Positions 20,515 to 30,450 of a DNA stretch of 64,000 bases are shown in pieces. The notes under the pieces were generated by a model. The model was not told where the DNA came from. It saw nothing but the letters and a program-made list of their open reading frames with translations, and did no database searches. Source of the DNA: Spirochaetia bacterium (GTDB taxonomy: Bacteria; Spirochaetota; Spirochaetia; DSM-2461). The stretch lies in NCBI GenBank assembly GCA_963666985.2, contig CAXXIA010000002.1, forward strand, positions 800,001 to 864,000, in the 5' to 3' direction. A program made the translations under genes and the position numbers. Numbering within the stretch: the first letter of the stretch is position 1; each line of letters opens with the position of its first letter.

Positions 20515-22134
20515 TTATTTTATCGATGAGGATTTCAAGACTTGCCCGGCTCCATCATGAACGGATTTTCCATCCGTTACCGATAGAACGCCGTTTACAA
20601 AGACATGGGAAATTCCGACAGGATGGCGGCAGGGATCGGAAAAGCTTCCCCGTTCGTCTATGACATCAGGCTGAAAAACAACGATGTCCGCGGCGTTTCC
20701 CTGCCGCAGGAGTCCCCGATTCTTCCATCCGAAAACCTCCGCCCCTTTGGAGGTCATTTTTCGAACGGCTTTTTCAAGGGAAAAAAGCCCGCGCCGTTTC
20801 ACCATCTCTCCCAAAAGCCGAGGAAAGGCCCCGTATGTTCTGGGATGGGGGGTGCCCGTGAACAATCCGTCGGTACAGAGGTTGGCTTCCGGACGCTTCA
20901 GGAGTTCTTCCAAAACCCACTGTTCTCCATACACATCAATCATCCCGACTTCACAGGCTTCTTCCGCCAGGATATCCAAAAGGGCATCGCCGGGAAAAAC
21001 GGATCGGGCTTCGGCAATCTCGGCAAGATTCCTTCCGATCAGATCTTTGTTGGAATCGGTTTTCACCGAAGTAACGTAAATATTCTCATACCCGGCGAAA
21101 TCGACGAAATTGTCCCATCCGGGGATTCCGTTCTCAAAGTCGTTAAAAATTCTTCGGCGGGATTCGGAGTTTCTCAGATGAGCCAGGGTTTCCGAAAGAC
21201 CGCCGGTTTTCACCCACGGAGGAAGGGCGGCGGATAAAGAGGTACTTCCGGCCATATAGGGATAAAGATCGAAACTGAGTTTTATCCCCTCGTTTTCGGC
21301 CCGATCCAGCTTCTTCAGAAGTTCGGGAAGAAGATCTCCGTTCCGAAACCCGCAAATCTTGAAATGAGAGATATGAAGAGGACAGCCGCTTCCCCGAACG
21401 ATTCGGAACAATTCCTCCATCGAATCGAGAATATCGTCGGCTTCACTTCGCTGATGCACAACCAAGGGACGGCCGTATCGCGCGGAAATGCGGCACATTC
21501 GAACAAGCTCGTTTTCTTCCGAGAAGCTGCACGGCGGATAGATTAATCCCGTGGAGATTCCCGCGGCTCCGGAAAGAAGTTCTTCATTGAGCAGGTTTTC
21601 CAGAGCCAGCAGCTGAGCTTCATCCGGCAGCCGGGGATTTCCTCCCATCACGGCGTATCGGATATTCCCTAAGGGAATAAGAACTCCCTTATTGCTCCCC
21701 TGGGGCCGCCGCTCCATCAAATCCATGTACGAACGAATCGACCGGAAATCCTCGGCGTTCAAATCCTCAAGAACCGCCGTTCCGTAGAATCCCTTCAAAT
21801 AGGTTTTCCATGTTTCGAAATCGTTCGGACAGGGAGCGACGGACAGTCCGTCCTGTCCCAGCAAATCCGTGGTAATGCCCTGAAAAAGCTTGGGAGCCAC
21901 CACCGGGTCGGTCAGACAGATAATGTCGTTATGACTGTGCGTATCAATGAATCCCGGAGCGACAATCCGTCCCGACGCATCGATAACGGTTTCCGCTTTT
22001 CGGGATTCGCCTTTTCCGGGAGGAAGGATTTCCCGAATCAGACCGTCTTGAACAATGACATCCCCCGGAAAAGCGGCCTCTCCGCTTCCGTCGACAACGG
22101 TGCCGCCTCGAATCAGAATTTCCGAAGATTTCAT
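20515..22134 (-). CDS. N-acyl-D-amino-acid deacylase (D-aminoacylase)-like amidohydrolase
   Basis: PGFIDTHSHND, STGLIYPP, HQRSE, HISHFK, TDGL..PHPRTYGAFPR; ATGA overlap with upstream gene. Confidence 0.88.
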   Translation of the reverse strand: MKSSEILIRGGTVVDGSGEAAFPGDVIVQDGLIREILPPGKGESRKAETVIDASGRIVAPGFIDTHSHNDIICLTDPVVAPKLFQGITTDLLGQDGLSVAPCPNDFETWKTYLKGFYGTAVLEDLNAEDFRSIRSYMDLMERRPQGSNKGVLIPLGNIRYAVMGGNPRLPDEAQLLALENLLNEELLSGAAGISTGLIYPPCSFSEENELVRMCRISARYGRPLVVHQRSEADDILDSMEELFRIVRGSGCPLHISHFKICGFRNGDLLPELLKKLDRAENEGIKLSFDLYPYMAGSTSLSAALPPWVKTGGLSETLAHLRNSESRRRIFNDFENGIPGWDNFVDFAGYENIYVTSVKTDSNKDLIGRNLAEIAEARSVFPGDALLDILAEEACEVGMIDVYGEQWVLEELLKRPEANLCTDGLFTGTPHPRTYGAFPRLLGEMVKRRGLFSLEKAVRKMTSKGAEVFGWKNRGLLRQGNAADIVVFQPDVIDERGSFSDPCRHPVGISHVFVNGVLSVTDGKSVHDGAGQVLKSSSIK

Positions 22135-23447
22135 ATCGATTCCCAAAATTGTTTCGCGCATTCGGTCATATCAATCCTCACTTGATTTCGATCAAGAGTT
22201 TTCAGCTCTCCATTTTCCATTAAAGCGCGGCCGCCGCAGTAGACATGAGTGATCAATTCCTTTTTCCCGAAGACGATAATCTGGTCGAAAATATTGTCTC
22301 TTTCCAGAGGAGTAAGGAAGTTTCCGTTCATGCAGAAAAAATCGGCATTTTTTCCCGCTTCGAGGGTTCCGCAGTCATCCCAGCCGAGGGCCTTGGCTCC
22401 GTTGACGGTGGCCATTCGGAAAGCCTCTTTGGCGGGCAGAACCGAGGGATTTTCCAGAACGGCCTTATGCACCAGGAACGCCATGCGAACCGTAGTCAGA
22501 AAATCGTTCTCATATCCGTCGGTGCCGACGGCCACCGGAAGTCCAAAATCCAGCATTTGCGGGACCGGAGAAAAACCGCCTCCGACTTCGCAGTTGCTCA
22601 CCGGCATATGAACCGGACGAACGCCGTGTTCCGCCAAAAGGGCAATTTCTTCAGGATCAACCTTAACGCACTGGGATGCCAGAACTCTCTCGGAAAGAAG
22701 GCCCAGGTCGGCATAATGCGCCGCCGGACGTTTTCCGAATACCCGTTCGGTATAATCCGGTTCATACCGGCTCTCGGAAAGATGGAACTGCCAGAGCGCA
22801 TCAAGATCCTCGGCCGTCCGGGCGGCTTTTTTCAAAAACTCCGGAGAACATGTAAAAGAGGTATGGGTACAGACGGCTCCGGAAATCAGGCGGCTGTTCT
22901 TGCGGCACCAGCGGATTAATTCGGCGTTTTCTTCCAGGCAGGATTCGCCGTTTTCCGTGCTGATTCTCTCGCAGCTTTCCAGAGAGAGGACGGCCCGCAT
23001 TCCGATTTTCTCGATAATTTTCGCCTGTTCGATGAGAGTCCCCGGCTCGGTTTTCGGCGCTTCGAGAGTATCGCAGAAACCGGTTATTCCCGATTCGATC
23101 ATCTCGGCGGCGGAAGCCTTCGCCGTAACGGCGACTTGGCCGCATCGAATGCGGTCTTCGACGAAAGGCCACCAGAAAACTTTAAGGAAATCCTCGAAAT
23201 CCCGAATGTTCGCATGAACCGGGATTCCGTGAGACAAAAGGCCGTACTGGTGCATATGGGCGTTGATGAATCCCGGGGAAATCAAATGAAAATGCCCGCC
23301 CCGAACGGCGATGCCGGAACGGCACAGCCCCGCGGCTTCGTCTTGATCGATCAGCCGGAGAATTTTTCCTTGATCTTCCAGAAACCCGGAGTGTTCCCTC
23401 ACGTCATCGGGTCCGACGATAAGCCAATCGGCGGTATAAACCTTCAT
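22131..23447 (-). CDS. Amidohydrolase (SsnA/nucleobase deaminase-like)
   Basis: PGFINAHMH, FHLSES, HMPVSN, GTDG metal-binding motifs. Confidence 0.85.
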   Translation of the reverse strand: MKVYTADWLIVGPDDVREHSGFLEDQGKILRLIDQDEAAGLCRSGIAVRGGHFHLISPGFINAHMHQYGLLSHGIPVHANIRDFEDFLKVFWWPFVEDRIRCGQVAVTAKASAAEMIESGITGFCDTLEAPKTEPGTLIEQAKIIEKIGMRAVLSLESCERISTENGESCLEENAELIRWCRKNSRLISGAVCTHTSFTCSPEFLKKAARTAEDLDALWQFHLSESRYEPDYTERVFGKRPAAHYADLGLLSERVLASQCVKVDPEEIALLAEHGVRPVHMPVSNCEVGGGFSPVPQMLDFGLPVAVGTDGYENDFLTTVRMAFLVHKAVLENPSVLPAKEAFRMATVNGAKALGWDDCGTLEAGKNADFFCMNGNFLTPLERDNIFDQIIVFGKKELITHVYCGGRALMENGELKTLDRNQVRIDMTECAKQFWESI

Positions 23448-24475
23448 TGAGATTCTCTCCTTCTCTCGGACGGAGGAGCCGTCGACTCCCTTATAACGAC
23501 TTCCAGGGGAAGCACCAATTCTTCATGCCCGCATTCCCGATGCCGCACCTTGGCAATCATCAGTTCCGCCGCTTTTTCACCCAGCGCGCCGTGGGGAAAA
23601 TCCAAAGACGTCAGCGACGGGGTGACATACCGCGCCATGGGAGAATTGTCGAACCCGACGATGGAAAGGTCTCCCGGAATCAAGAGACCGTCTTCCAAAA
23701 ATCGCCGCATGGCTCCGATGGCGATCTGGTCGGAAGAGCCGATGATTGCGGTAGGAAAATCCTTTTCGGCAAGCAGCCGGCCGGCCGCTTCATAGCCGCC
23801 CTCGAGAGTCCAGGAACAATCGATGAGCCTCTCCTCGGGGCAGGCGAGATTCAACTCCTCCATGGCCCGGCGGAAGTATTCGATTCGGCGCTGACCGCCT
23901 TTTGTTTTAATGCTTCCGTAAAAAAATGAGATCTTCCGGTGCCCCAGGGCATGAAGGTACTTCACCAGATTGCGAAATCCGGCGGGTTCGTCGCTGCTCA
24001 GCCGGTCGATGGGAATCCCCAGGTTCGGCGGGCCCGCCAGAACGACCGGCAGTCCCTCGGCCAAAGCCAGATAATCGGAATTTTCTCCATTTCCGAAGAT
24101 TATGATGATTCCGTCCATCATTTTCTTGGGAACGCTGCGGTAGATTTCCATTTCACGCTCGAAATCCTCACGGGAATCGAAAAGCAGCACCCGGAACCCG
24201 CTTTGTTCCAAACGGTCCATGGCGGCGTAAACGATCCGTGCGTTGGCCTGATTGGTGATATTCGGCACCATAATCCCGATAAGCCCCAAGCTGTCGGTCG
24301 CCAAGCCCCGGGCCAAGGGACTGGGTGAGTAATCCAGCTCCTTCATCACCATCAAAACCCGCTTCCGTTTCTCTTCCCGCACGCTCTCGGGTTTGTTCAT
24401 AACGCGGGAAACCGTCGAGATTGACACTCCGGCACGGTCGGCGATGGTGTCTATCGTGTTCCGATGAGCCGCCAT
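23444..24475 (-). CDS. LacI-family transcriptional regulator
   Basis: TIDTIADRAGVSISTVSRVMN HTH, YSPSPLARGL hinge, IVGFDN..PSLTS. Confidence 0.95.
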   Translation of the reverse strand: MAAHRNTIDTIADRAGVSISTVSRVMNKPESVREEKRKRVLMVMKELDYSPSPLARGLATDSLGLIGIMVPNITNQANARIVYAAMDRLEQSGFRVLLFDSREDFEREMEIYRSVPKKMMDGIIIIFGNGENSDYLALAEGLPVVLAGPPNLGIPIDRLSSDEPAGFRNLVKYLHALGHRKISFFYGSIKTKGGQRRIEYFRRAMEELNLACPEERLIDCSWTLEGGYEAAGRLLAEKDFPTAIIGSSDQIAIGAMRRFLEDGLLIPGDLSIVGFDNSPMARYVTPSLTSLDFPHGALGEKAAELMIAKVRHRECGHEELVLPLEVVIRESTAPPSERRRESQ

Positions 24476-24477
24476 GC

Positions 24478-24966
24478 TTACTCCCGGACGGATGAAAGTC
24501 TTTCCGAAGCCAGCCTGACGGCCGAGAGAATCGTTTCGTATCCCGTACACCGGCAGATGTTTCCCGAAAGACCTCTCTTAATCTCCTCGTCCGTCGGTTT
24601 CGGATTCATCCGAAGAAGCGCATAGACGGACATAACGAATCCCGGAGTACAGTACCCGCACTGGATGGCTCCGGCGTCGACGAAGGCCTGCTGCACCGGA
24701 TGCAGAGGATGTTCCGGAGACGACATTCCCTCTATTGTCACAACCTCCCTATCCCCGACCGTTACGGCCGGTACAAGGCAGGATTTCATCGCCGAACCGT
24801 CGATGAGAACCGTACAGCTCCCGCAATACCCGGTGCCGCATCCCTCCTTCGTACCCATGAGTCCCAATTCATCCCTGAGTACCCGGGAAAGGCTTGCGTC
24901 CGCCGAAATTGCCGCGTCGTAATACCGTCCGTTGACCTTGAGCCTGACGGGAATTTTTTCCGTCAT
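24478..24966 (-). CDS. Molybdenum hydroxylase small [2Fe-2S] subunit (CoxS-like)
   Basis: GTKEGCGTGYCGSCTV, SCL, QCGYCTPG, GNICRCTGY. Confidence 0.95.
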   Translation of the reverse strand: MTEKIPVRLKVNGRYYDAAISADASLSRVLRDELGLMGTKEGCGTGYCGSCTVLIDGSAMKSCLVPAVTVGDREVVTIEGMSSPEHPLHPVQQAFVDAGAIQCGYCTPGFVMSVYALLRMNPKPTDEEIKRGLSGNICRCTGYETILSAVRLASERLSSVRE

Positions 24967-25793
24967 AATCGGGCCTCCATCTCCGCCATTTCGCAGGTGA
25001 ACCGAAAGAGAAGCGTTTTCTGGTAATCCGTAAGACGGTTTTTCCGCTTCTCCTGCGCCGATACTTCTTCTTTAACGAGATTCAGAAGAGTCGTTCGGCT
25101 GCCGCCGAAACGGGACGGAGCCGATTCGAGAACGCGAAAATGCGTCGGAAGAACGTTCGGCCCTCCTCCGGCGATGAATCTGTTTCCTTCGCCGTCGATT
25201 GCCATGGCCAGAACAAAAGGAGGCAGGCTGAATTGCTTGCGCGATCCTTCCCCCCAATAATATTCCCATTGAAAGTCTTTCCGGGGAATCGTGAGGGACA
25301 TCACCAGTTCCCCCGATTTCAGCCGATTGTGATAAGGACCTCTGAAAAGATCCTCCACCGGAATCGACTTTTCTTCCGCGGACTCAAGGATTTCGGCTTC
25401 GGCGCCGTGCAGCATCAGTACGGGAAACAGATGAGAATTCGGCAGACAGCCGGCGACATGTCCTCCGAGCGTCCCTTGGCTGCGAATCTGCGGGCAGGCG
25501 GTTTCCCGAAGAGCCGTCCGCAGCAGCGAGTATTCATCCCGGTCTTTCAGGAATTCCTCCAGAGCGGAGAGAGTCGCCGCCGAACCGATTTCCAATTCAT
25601 TGCCGCGTTCGGCAATCCCCTTCAGCTCATCCAGGCCGTTAATATCGATCAATGTCAGCTTATCGGAAAGCAGATATCGCTTCTTCAATCGATACATAAT
25701 GTCCGCGCCTCCGGCCAAGGGCCGGATCAGACCTTTTGCCTCGGAGGCTTTTTGGAAGAAGTCCGAAAGACTCCGTGCCTTACAGTAATTCAT
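24963..25793 (-). CDS. Molybdenum hydroxylase FAD-binding subunit (CoxM-like), divergent
   Basis: PLAGGADI, LEIGSAATL, CPQIRSQGTLGG; start MNYCKA after GGAGG. Confidence 0.88.
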   Translation of the reverse strand: MNYCKARSLSDFFQKASEAKGLIRPLAGGADIMYRLKKRYLLSDKLTLIDINGLDELKGIAERGNELEIGSAATLSALEEFLKDRDEYSLLRTALRETACPQIRSQGTLGGHVAGCLPNSHLFPVLMLHGAEAEILESAEEKSIPVEDLFRGPYHNRLKSGELVMSLTIPRKDFQWEYYWGEGSRKQFSLPPFVLAMAIDGEGNRFIAGGGPNVLPTHFRVLESAPSRFGGSRTTLLNLVKEEVSAQEKRKNRLTDYQKTLLFRFTCEMAEMEARL

Positions 25794-28104
25794 CAGCCCC
25801 CTCCTTCTCCATGAGGAGCATGCGGGTCGCGACGAGATCCTTCGAGAACGGAAGCCGGCGCATACGGATTCCCGCGGCATGAAACAGGGCGTTTCCCACT
25901 CCGGGAGCGGCCAGTTCCACGCCGACTTCGCCGATTCCTTTGGCCCCGTAAGGACCGGTACTGAAATCCTCTTCGAATATCCGAAGGTCGAACTCCGGCA
26001 CGTCCGAGACCGAAGGCATGAGGTAAGACCCGAAACTCGTGTTCTTCACCAAGCCTTCGGAGGTTCGCAGATCTTCACTGAGCGCATACCCCAGACCCTG
26101 AACATAGCCGCCGATGAGCTGCCCCCGAACAATGTCGGGATTGACGGCTCTTCCCAGCTCATAAGCCAATGTCACCTTGGAAACCGTGATGGAGCCGGTG
26201 AAGGTATCCACTTCCAGTTCCGTCAGAGACAGCGCGCTCAAATAGGCCGGATAACAATTTCCTTGTCCGGTTTTCGGATCGATATGAACGGTTCCCGGAT
26301 TAAACCAGCCCCGGCCGGAGAATCCCAAGCCTTTCGAGTTGGTGAGCAAAGACACCGCTTCATCGAATCCCATGCTGAGCGAACCGTCGGCCGAACGAAA
26401 CACTTCGCCGTTTAACACGGCGGTGCCGCCGGGGATTTTCCAATGGTTCTCCAGACCTTCCAGAAGCTGCCGCTTCAAGTCTTCCGAGGCCATGAGTATC
26501 GCCATACCGCCGGCCGAAAGCCCGCGGGAAGCCACGGTGGGACCGGCATCGGGAACGCAGGAGGTATCCGTTTCGGCCATTCGAATCCGTTCGAGCCCCA
26601 CACCAAGGGCCTCGGCCGCGACCTGTGCATGCGAAGTCCGCAGGCCCTGCCCCATGTCCACCATGTCCGAATGGACGAGAATCGATCCGTCTTTCTCCAG
26701 GATCATTCGGGCTCCGGCGACGTCGAATCCCTCGCCTCCGAGTCCGCAGCCCCGATACCCGGCAGCCAGCCCCAATCCCCGTCTGTATCGGCCTTTGCGT
26801 GCGTTGAAATCCTCGAACTCGGCCTTTTTTCGGACGTATTGCCCTCTTTCGAGCACATCGTCCAGCATCGCTTCCAAAGGAAGAACCATTTCTCCGGGAC
26901 CCACGGCCTGACCGCTGGTTATCACGTCTCCGGGACGGACGAAATTGATTCTTCGGAATTCCGCCGGATCCATCCGGGCCGCATCGGCCAGCTCGTCGAT
27001 GCAGCTTTCCACCGCGAAACTGTTCTGAGGCGCGCTGAAGCCTCTGTACGCTCCGGAATACGGCGTATTGGAATAATAGGCCTGAACTTCCGTGCGAACG
27101 TTTGGAGTTCGATACGGCCCGGCCGAGTGAACCGCCAAACGCCAATTGGCAAACATGGCCTGGTTGTTGTAAGGTCCGCCTATCGTATCGACCTGATTTT
27201 TCCAGGCGGTTATCCGGCCGTCTTTCGAACATCCGACGGTCAAACGGAAACGGTACGGATGACGCTTCACACCCGCCCTGAACACATCCGAGCGGCTCAT
27301 GCGCATCCGGACCGGACGGCCGATTTTCCGATGAAGAACGGCCGCTCTGGCCGCAAGCACCATGGCGGTTTCATTCTTACCGCCGAAACTGCCGCCGATG
27401 GCGGTCTGGACAACCCGAACCTTGTTCGCGGGCCATCCCAGAGCGGCGCAAACCGAACCTCGGATCGAATACACGTTCTGAATGCATCCGTATATCACGA
27501 TTCCGCCGGTAATCGAATCCTCCCCGGCAACAACGCAGTCGGGTTCCAGATACCCGTTCACGGCGAAAGAGGTATTGTATTCGGACTCAAGGACGATATC
27601 CGCCCGCTTCAATCCCTCTTCGACGTCTCCGGCGTATTGAGGATAGAACGTGTTCTCCATCGTATTATCCGGCCGGTCGGGATGAACCGGGGAGATTTCG
27701 CATGCCTGAGCATCCTCCAGGGAGTACACGCCCGGGAGGATTTTGTAATCCACGCGGATCTTTCCCAAAGCCCTGCGGGCGATTTCCTCGGTTTCCGCCG
27801 CCAAAACGGCGACGGCATCCCCCGTGTATCTGACCTCTCCGTCGGCCAGAACCGGAAAACGGCCGAACAGACTGTTGCTTCCGGGAACGTCTTTCGCCGT
27901 AATGATTCCCAAAACTCCCGGCTCCGATTCGGCCTCTTTGCAATCGATGCCGAGGATGACGGCCCGGGGATGCGCGGGATACAGAGGAAGAGCGGCGACT
28001 TCCCGATGAAGCCTGAAATCATCGGCATAGCGGGTTTTCCCCAAAACCTTCGCTTCTCCCTCCAAACGACGCTTAGATTGATGAACAACCGAGAATGATT
28101 CCAT
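25780..28104 (-). CDS. Xanthine dehydrogenase-family molybdopterin-binding large subunit
   Basis: GGSFGGK, AYRGFSAPQ, DMGQG, TVASRG, GQLIGG..QGLG, GAKGIGEVG (catalytic Glu kept). Confidence 0.95.
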   Translation of the reverse strand: MESFSVVHQSKRRLEGEAKVLGKTRYADDFRLHREVAALPLYPAHPRAVILGIDCKEAESEPGVLGIITAKDVPGSNSLFGRFPVLADGEVRYTGDAVAVLAAETEEIARRALGKIRVDYKILPGVYSLEDAQACEISPVHPDRPDNTMENTFYPQYAGDVEEGLKRADIVLESEYNTSFAVNGYLEPDCVVAGEDSITGGIVIYGCIQNVYSIRGSVCAALGWPANKVRVVQTAIGGSFGGKNETAMVLAARAAVLHRKIGRPVRMRMSRSDVFRAGVKRHPYRFRLTVGCSKDGRITAWKNQVDTIGGPYNNQAMFANWRLAVHSAGPYRTPNVRTEVQAYYSNTPYSGAYRGFSAPQNSFAVESCIDELADAARMDPAEFRRINFVRPGDVITSGQAVGPGEMVLPLEAMLDDVLERGQYVRKKAEFEDFNARKGRYRRGLGLAAGYRGCGLGGEGFDVAGARMILEKDGSILVHSDMVDMGQGLRTSHAQVAAEALGVGLERIRMAETDTSCVPDAGPTVASRGLSAGGMAILMASEDLKRQLLEGLENHWKIPGGTAVLNGEVFRSADGSLSMGFDEAVSLLTNSKGLGFSGRGWFNPGTVHIDPKTGQGNCYPAYLSALSLTELEVDTFTGSITVSKVTLAYELGRAVNPDIVRGQLIGGYVQGLGYALSEDLRTSEGLVKNTSFGSYLMPSVSDVPEFDLRIFEEDFSTGPYGAKGIGEVGVELAAPGVGNALFHAAGIRMRRLPFSKDLVATRMLLMEKEGADELL

Positions 28105-28107
28105 AAA

Positions 28108-29187
28108 TCACGCTCCATCCCGGACCAGTTCCAGTTTATTTTCGGGACAAGAGGCCGCGCAGAGACCGCATCGGCGGCACAGCATCGGCTCGACGGCGAT
28201 GGTGCCGCCATTTTGGCTCAAGGCGTTATAAGGACAGCGCTTCACGCAGAGTCCGCACATTCGGCAGGGTCCGGAATAAACCAAACGCTTCGGTTGGGCA
28301 CCCGATGCGGAAACAAGATTCGGCAGAGCCGCTCCTTTTGCCGCCTCCAAGGAGGAATAACCCAATTCATGAAGAAGCCGGTCGAGTTCCCGATCGAGTT
28401 TCCCGAGAATCTCCGGACCTTTGAGCATGGGAAGAGTGCAAACGCCGACGGCCGAAGCTCCGGCCATCACCATTTCCAGGGCGTCTTCGGCCCCCATAAC
28501 GCCTCCCAGTCCTATCACAGGCTTCTCGGTCCGCATGGCGATTTCCGCCACGTAACGCAGAGCCAGAGGCTTTATCGCCGCGCCCGTCAGCCAGCCCATC
28601 CCGTTCTCACCGGCCACGGAGGCCCGTGCCGTACGGATATCGACGGACAGAACCGGTCCCAAGGAATCCATCGCGGTTATTCCGTCGGCACCGTTCTCGA
28701 GCGCGTCCAGAGCGGTCTTCACCGGATTCTCCCAGTTCGGGCTGATTTTCACCAAAACCGGTTTGTCCGTACGTTCCTTGGCGGCGCGAACCATCGGAAC
28801 CATGGTTTCACCGTTATAGGAAACCAGTTCGAACATCGGAGCCCCGGCCCTCTCCATTACCGGAATCAGCTTTTCCGCTTCTTCCGGAGTATGACCGATG
28901 CTGACGATTATCCGGGCGCCGGCCTCCAGGGCCCTGGGAAGCTCTTCCTCGGCCCACCGTTCTCCGCCGAAATCCGACCATTGCTCGCTGTTGATCATGG
29001 ATTGACGGGAAAGAGGAGCGATATGAGGTTCCGGATTCACCGCCGGTTCGTTCCGAATGGTTTTGGTTACCACGGCTCCGGCGCCCGAACGATGAAGGGC
29101 GATAATCCCGTCGGCGCCGTAGCTCAGCGGACCGGATCCGACAATGAGGGGAGATTGAAGCCTGCGGCCGAAAAATTGGATTTCCAT
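28108..29187 (-). CDS. Dihydroorotate/dihydropyrimidine dehydrogenase (PreA)-like FMN enzyme with C-terminal 2x[4Fe-4S]
   Basis: GAVVTKT, PVLVKISPN, GWLTGAAIKP, IGLGGV; CRMCGLCVKRCP and CRRCGLCAASCP ferredoxin motifs. Confidence 0.85.
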   Translation of the reverse strand: MEIQFFGRRLQSPLIVGSGPLSYGADGIIALHRSGAGAVVTKTIRNEPAVNPEPHIAPLSRQSMINSEQWSDFGGERWAEEELPRALEAGARIIVSIGHTPEEAEKLIPVMERAGAPMFELVSYNGETMVPMVRAAKERTDKPVLVKISPNWENPVKTALDALENGADGITAMDSLGPVLSVDIRTARASVAGENGMGWLTGAAIKPLALRYVAEIAMRTEKPVIGLGGVMGAEDALEMVMAGASAVGVCTLPMLKGPEILGKLDRELDRLLHELGYSSLEAAKGAALPNLVSASGAQPKRLVYSGPCRMCGLCVKRCPYNALSQNGGTIAVEPMLCRRCGLCAASCPENKLELVRDGA

Positions 29188-29203
29188 AAGCAATGATCTC
29201 TTT

Positions 29204-29223
29204 TTTTGAAAGCGCTTTCAAAA
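29204..29223. promoter_or_regulatory. LacI-family operator candidate
   Basis: Perfect 20-bp palindrome TTTTGAAAGCGCTTTCAAAA with central CG, 16 nt upstream of the first gene of an operon that encodes a LacI regulator. Confidence 0.75.
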
Positions 29224-29679
29224 CGAGAATAATGGAAAAGCCGCGGAGAGACAAGTCAGCTCTCCTCTCGGCGTATTTTCATCGCTTAAAGGACATTTTC
29301 AATGACGCATTCACGCTTCCCATTATGCGTTCGGACGTATTTCCATCGTCCCAAAAAGAGCCGTCCGCCAAGGAAAAACCGCCCGTGAAGGAATCGTACA
29401 AAGCTGTATTTCGGATATCCGTTAAGATACCTCCCGGTAGGATTACAAGGAAAACATTAATTCCTCAAAGACGGAAACCGCCTCATCGAATCACATGAGA
29501 TTCGAATCTAGAACTCAACTAAAACCAATCTAAAAAAAGAATTACTCTTAAAAAAGTTCTATTTCATCCGAACTTTTTCCAATTCCGCTCGAACCGGGTG
29601 GCATCGTTTTTGCTTAAATGCTTTCAGTAAAGTTAAGGAGCAATAACCTGTTTATCCGATCGAACATCGAATCATTGAG

Positions 29680-29698
29680 TCATTCAATGTCTGAATGA
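29680..29698. promoter_or_regulatory. Inverted repeat, candidate GntR operator
   Basis: TCATTCA-N5-TGAATGA just upstream of the GntR gene's RBS. Confidence 0.45.
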
Positions 29699-29712
29699 GT
29701 GAAGGAATCACC

Positions 29713-30450
29713 ATGAAACCCATAAGAGTTACCAAGAAGCCCGAATATATAAGGAATTCGATACTCGAAATGATCCAAGACAACTCGTTTGATGGAAACC
29801 AGCTCCCCTCCGAGGATTTTCTCGCCAAAAAATTCGGCGTGAGTCTTGCAACCATCAGGGAAGCTCTTTTATCTCTTCAGAGCGAAGGATTTCTCCGCAA
29901 ACGTCACGGGTCCGGAAATTTCATTTATCGCAGCGTCCTCGACAGCTTCATGAGAATCGACAAGTTCATCGATTTCATCCAGCTCTTGGAAGAAAGCGGT
30001 TATCACGTAACCGTCGATCAATCGGATCCGACCATCCTGGAGAACCTCTCCGATTCGGATCATTCCTGGATAAAAGAAACAGGCATGCAAAACCAAGGAG
30101 AAATCGTCAATTACAGCCGGACCTTCTCCGCCGACGGAGAACCGGCGATATACGCCAACAATTACGTCCCGAAAAGGCATTTCCAAGTTCCTTTGGAAAA
30201 AGTCGGGAAAACCGAACGGCTCGCCGACTACATCTGGTCCTACTGCGGAAAAGAACTGGCTCATGCACTCCTGAACTTCGTTCCCATAACGGCTCGGAAA
30301 GACGAAGTCGACTTATTCTCCGTTCCCAAAGGCGAGCCAATGATTACATGGAGGGAAGTCTTCTACACACTCGACGATATCCCCATTTGCTGCTCCCGGG
30401 TTTCATTCAACCCGGAAATCATGAAGCTGCGAATGCTGTGGAAATGCTGA
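29713..30450 (+). CDS. GntR-family (HutC/UTRA) regulator
   Basis: QLPSEDFLAKKFGVSLATIREAL..GSGNF wHTH plus UTRA-like C-terminus; alternative start at 29695. Confidence 0.92.
   Translation: MKPIRVTKKPEYIRNSILEMIQDNSFDGNQLPSEDFLAKKFGVSLATIREALLSLQSEGFLRKRHGSGNFIYRSVLDSFMRIDKFIDFIQLLEESGYHVTVDQSDPTILENLSDSDHSWIKETGMQNQGEIVNYSRTFSADGEPAIYANNYVPKRHFQVPLEKVGKTERLADYIWSYCGKELAHALLNFVPITARKDEVDLFSVPKGEPMITWREVFYTLDDIPICCSRVSFNPEIMKLRMLWKC

Noticed and set aside
26443..28098. 551-aa plus-strand ORF and other long antisense ORFs (365-1537, 11039-12010, 14217-15173, 28213-29196, 50243-51565, 53297-54526)
   Set aside because: Each lies opposite a well-supported gene and has no motifs; these are typical shadow ORFs of GC-rich coding sequence
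24478..28104. Selenocysteine or recoding in the Mo-hydroxylase
   Set aside because: All three subunits are uninterrupted ORFs with no in-frame TGA
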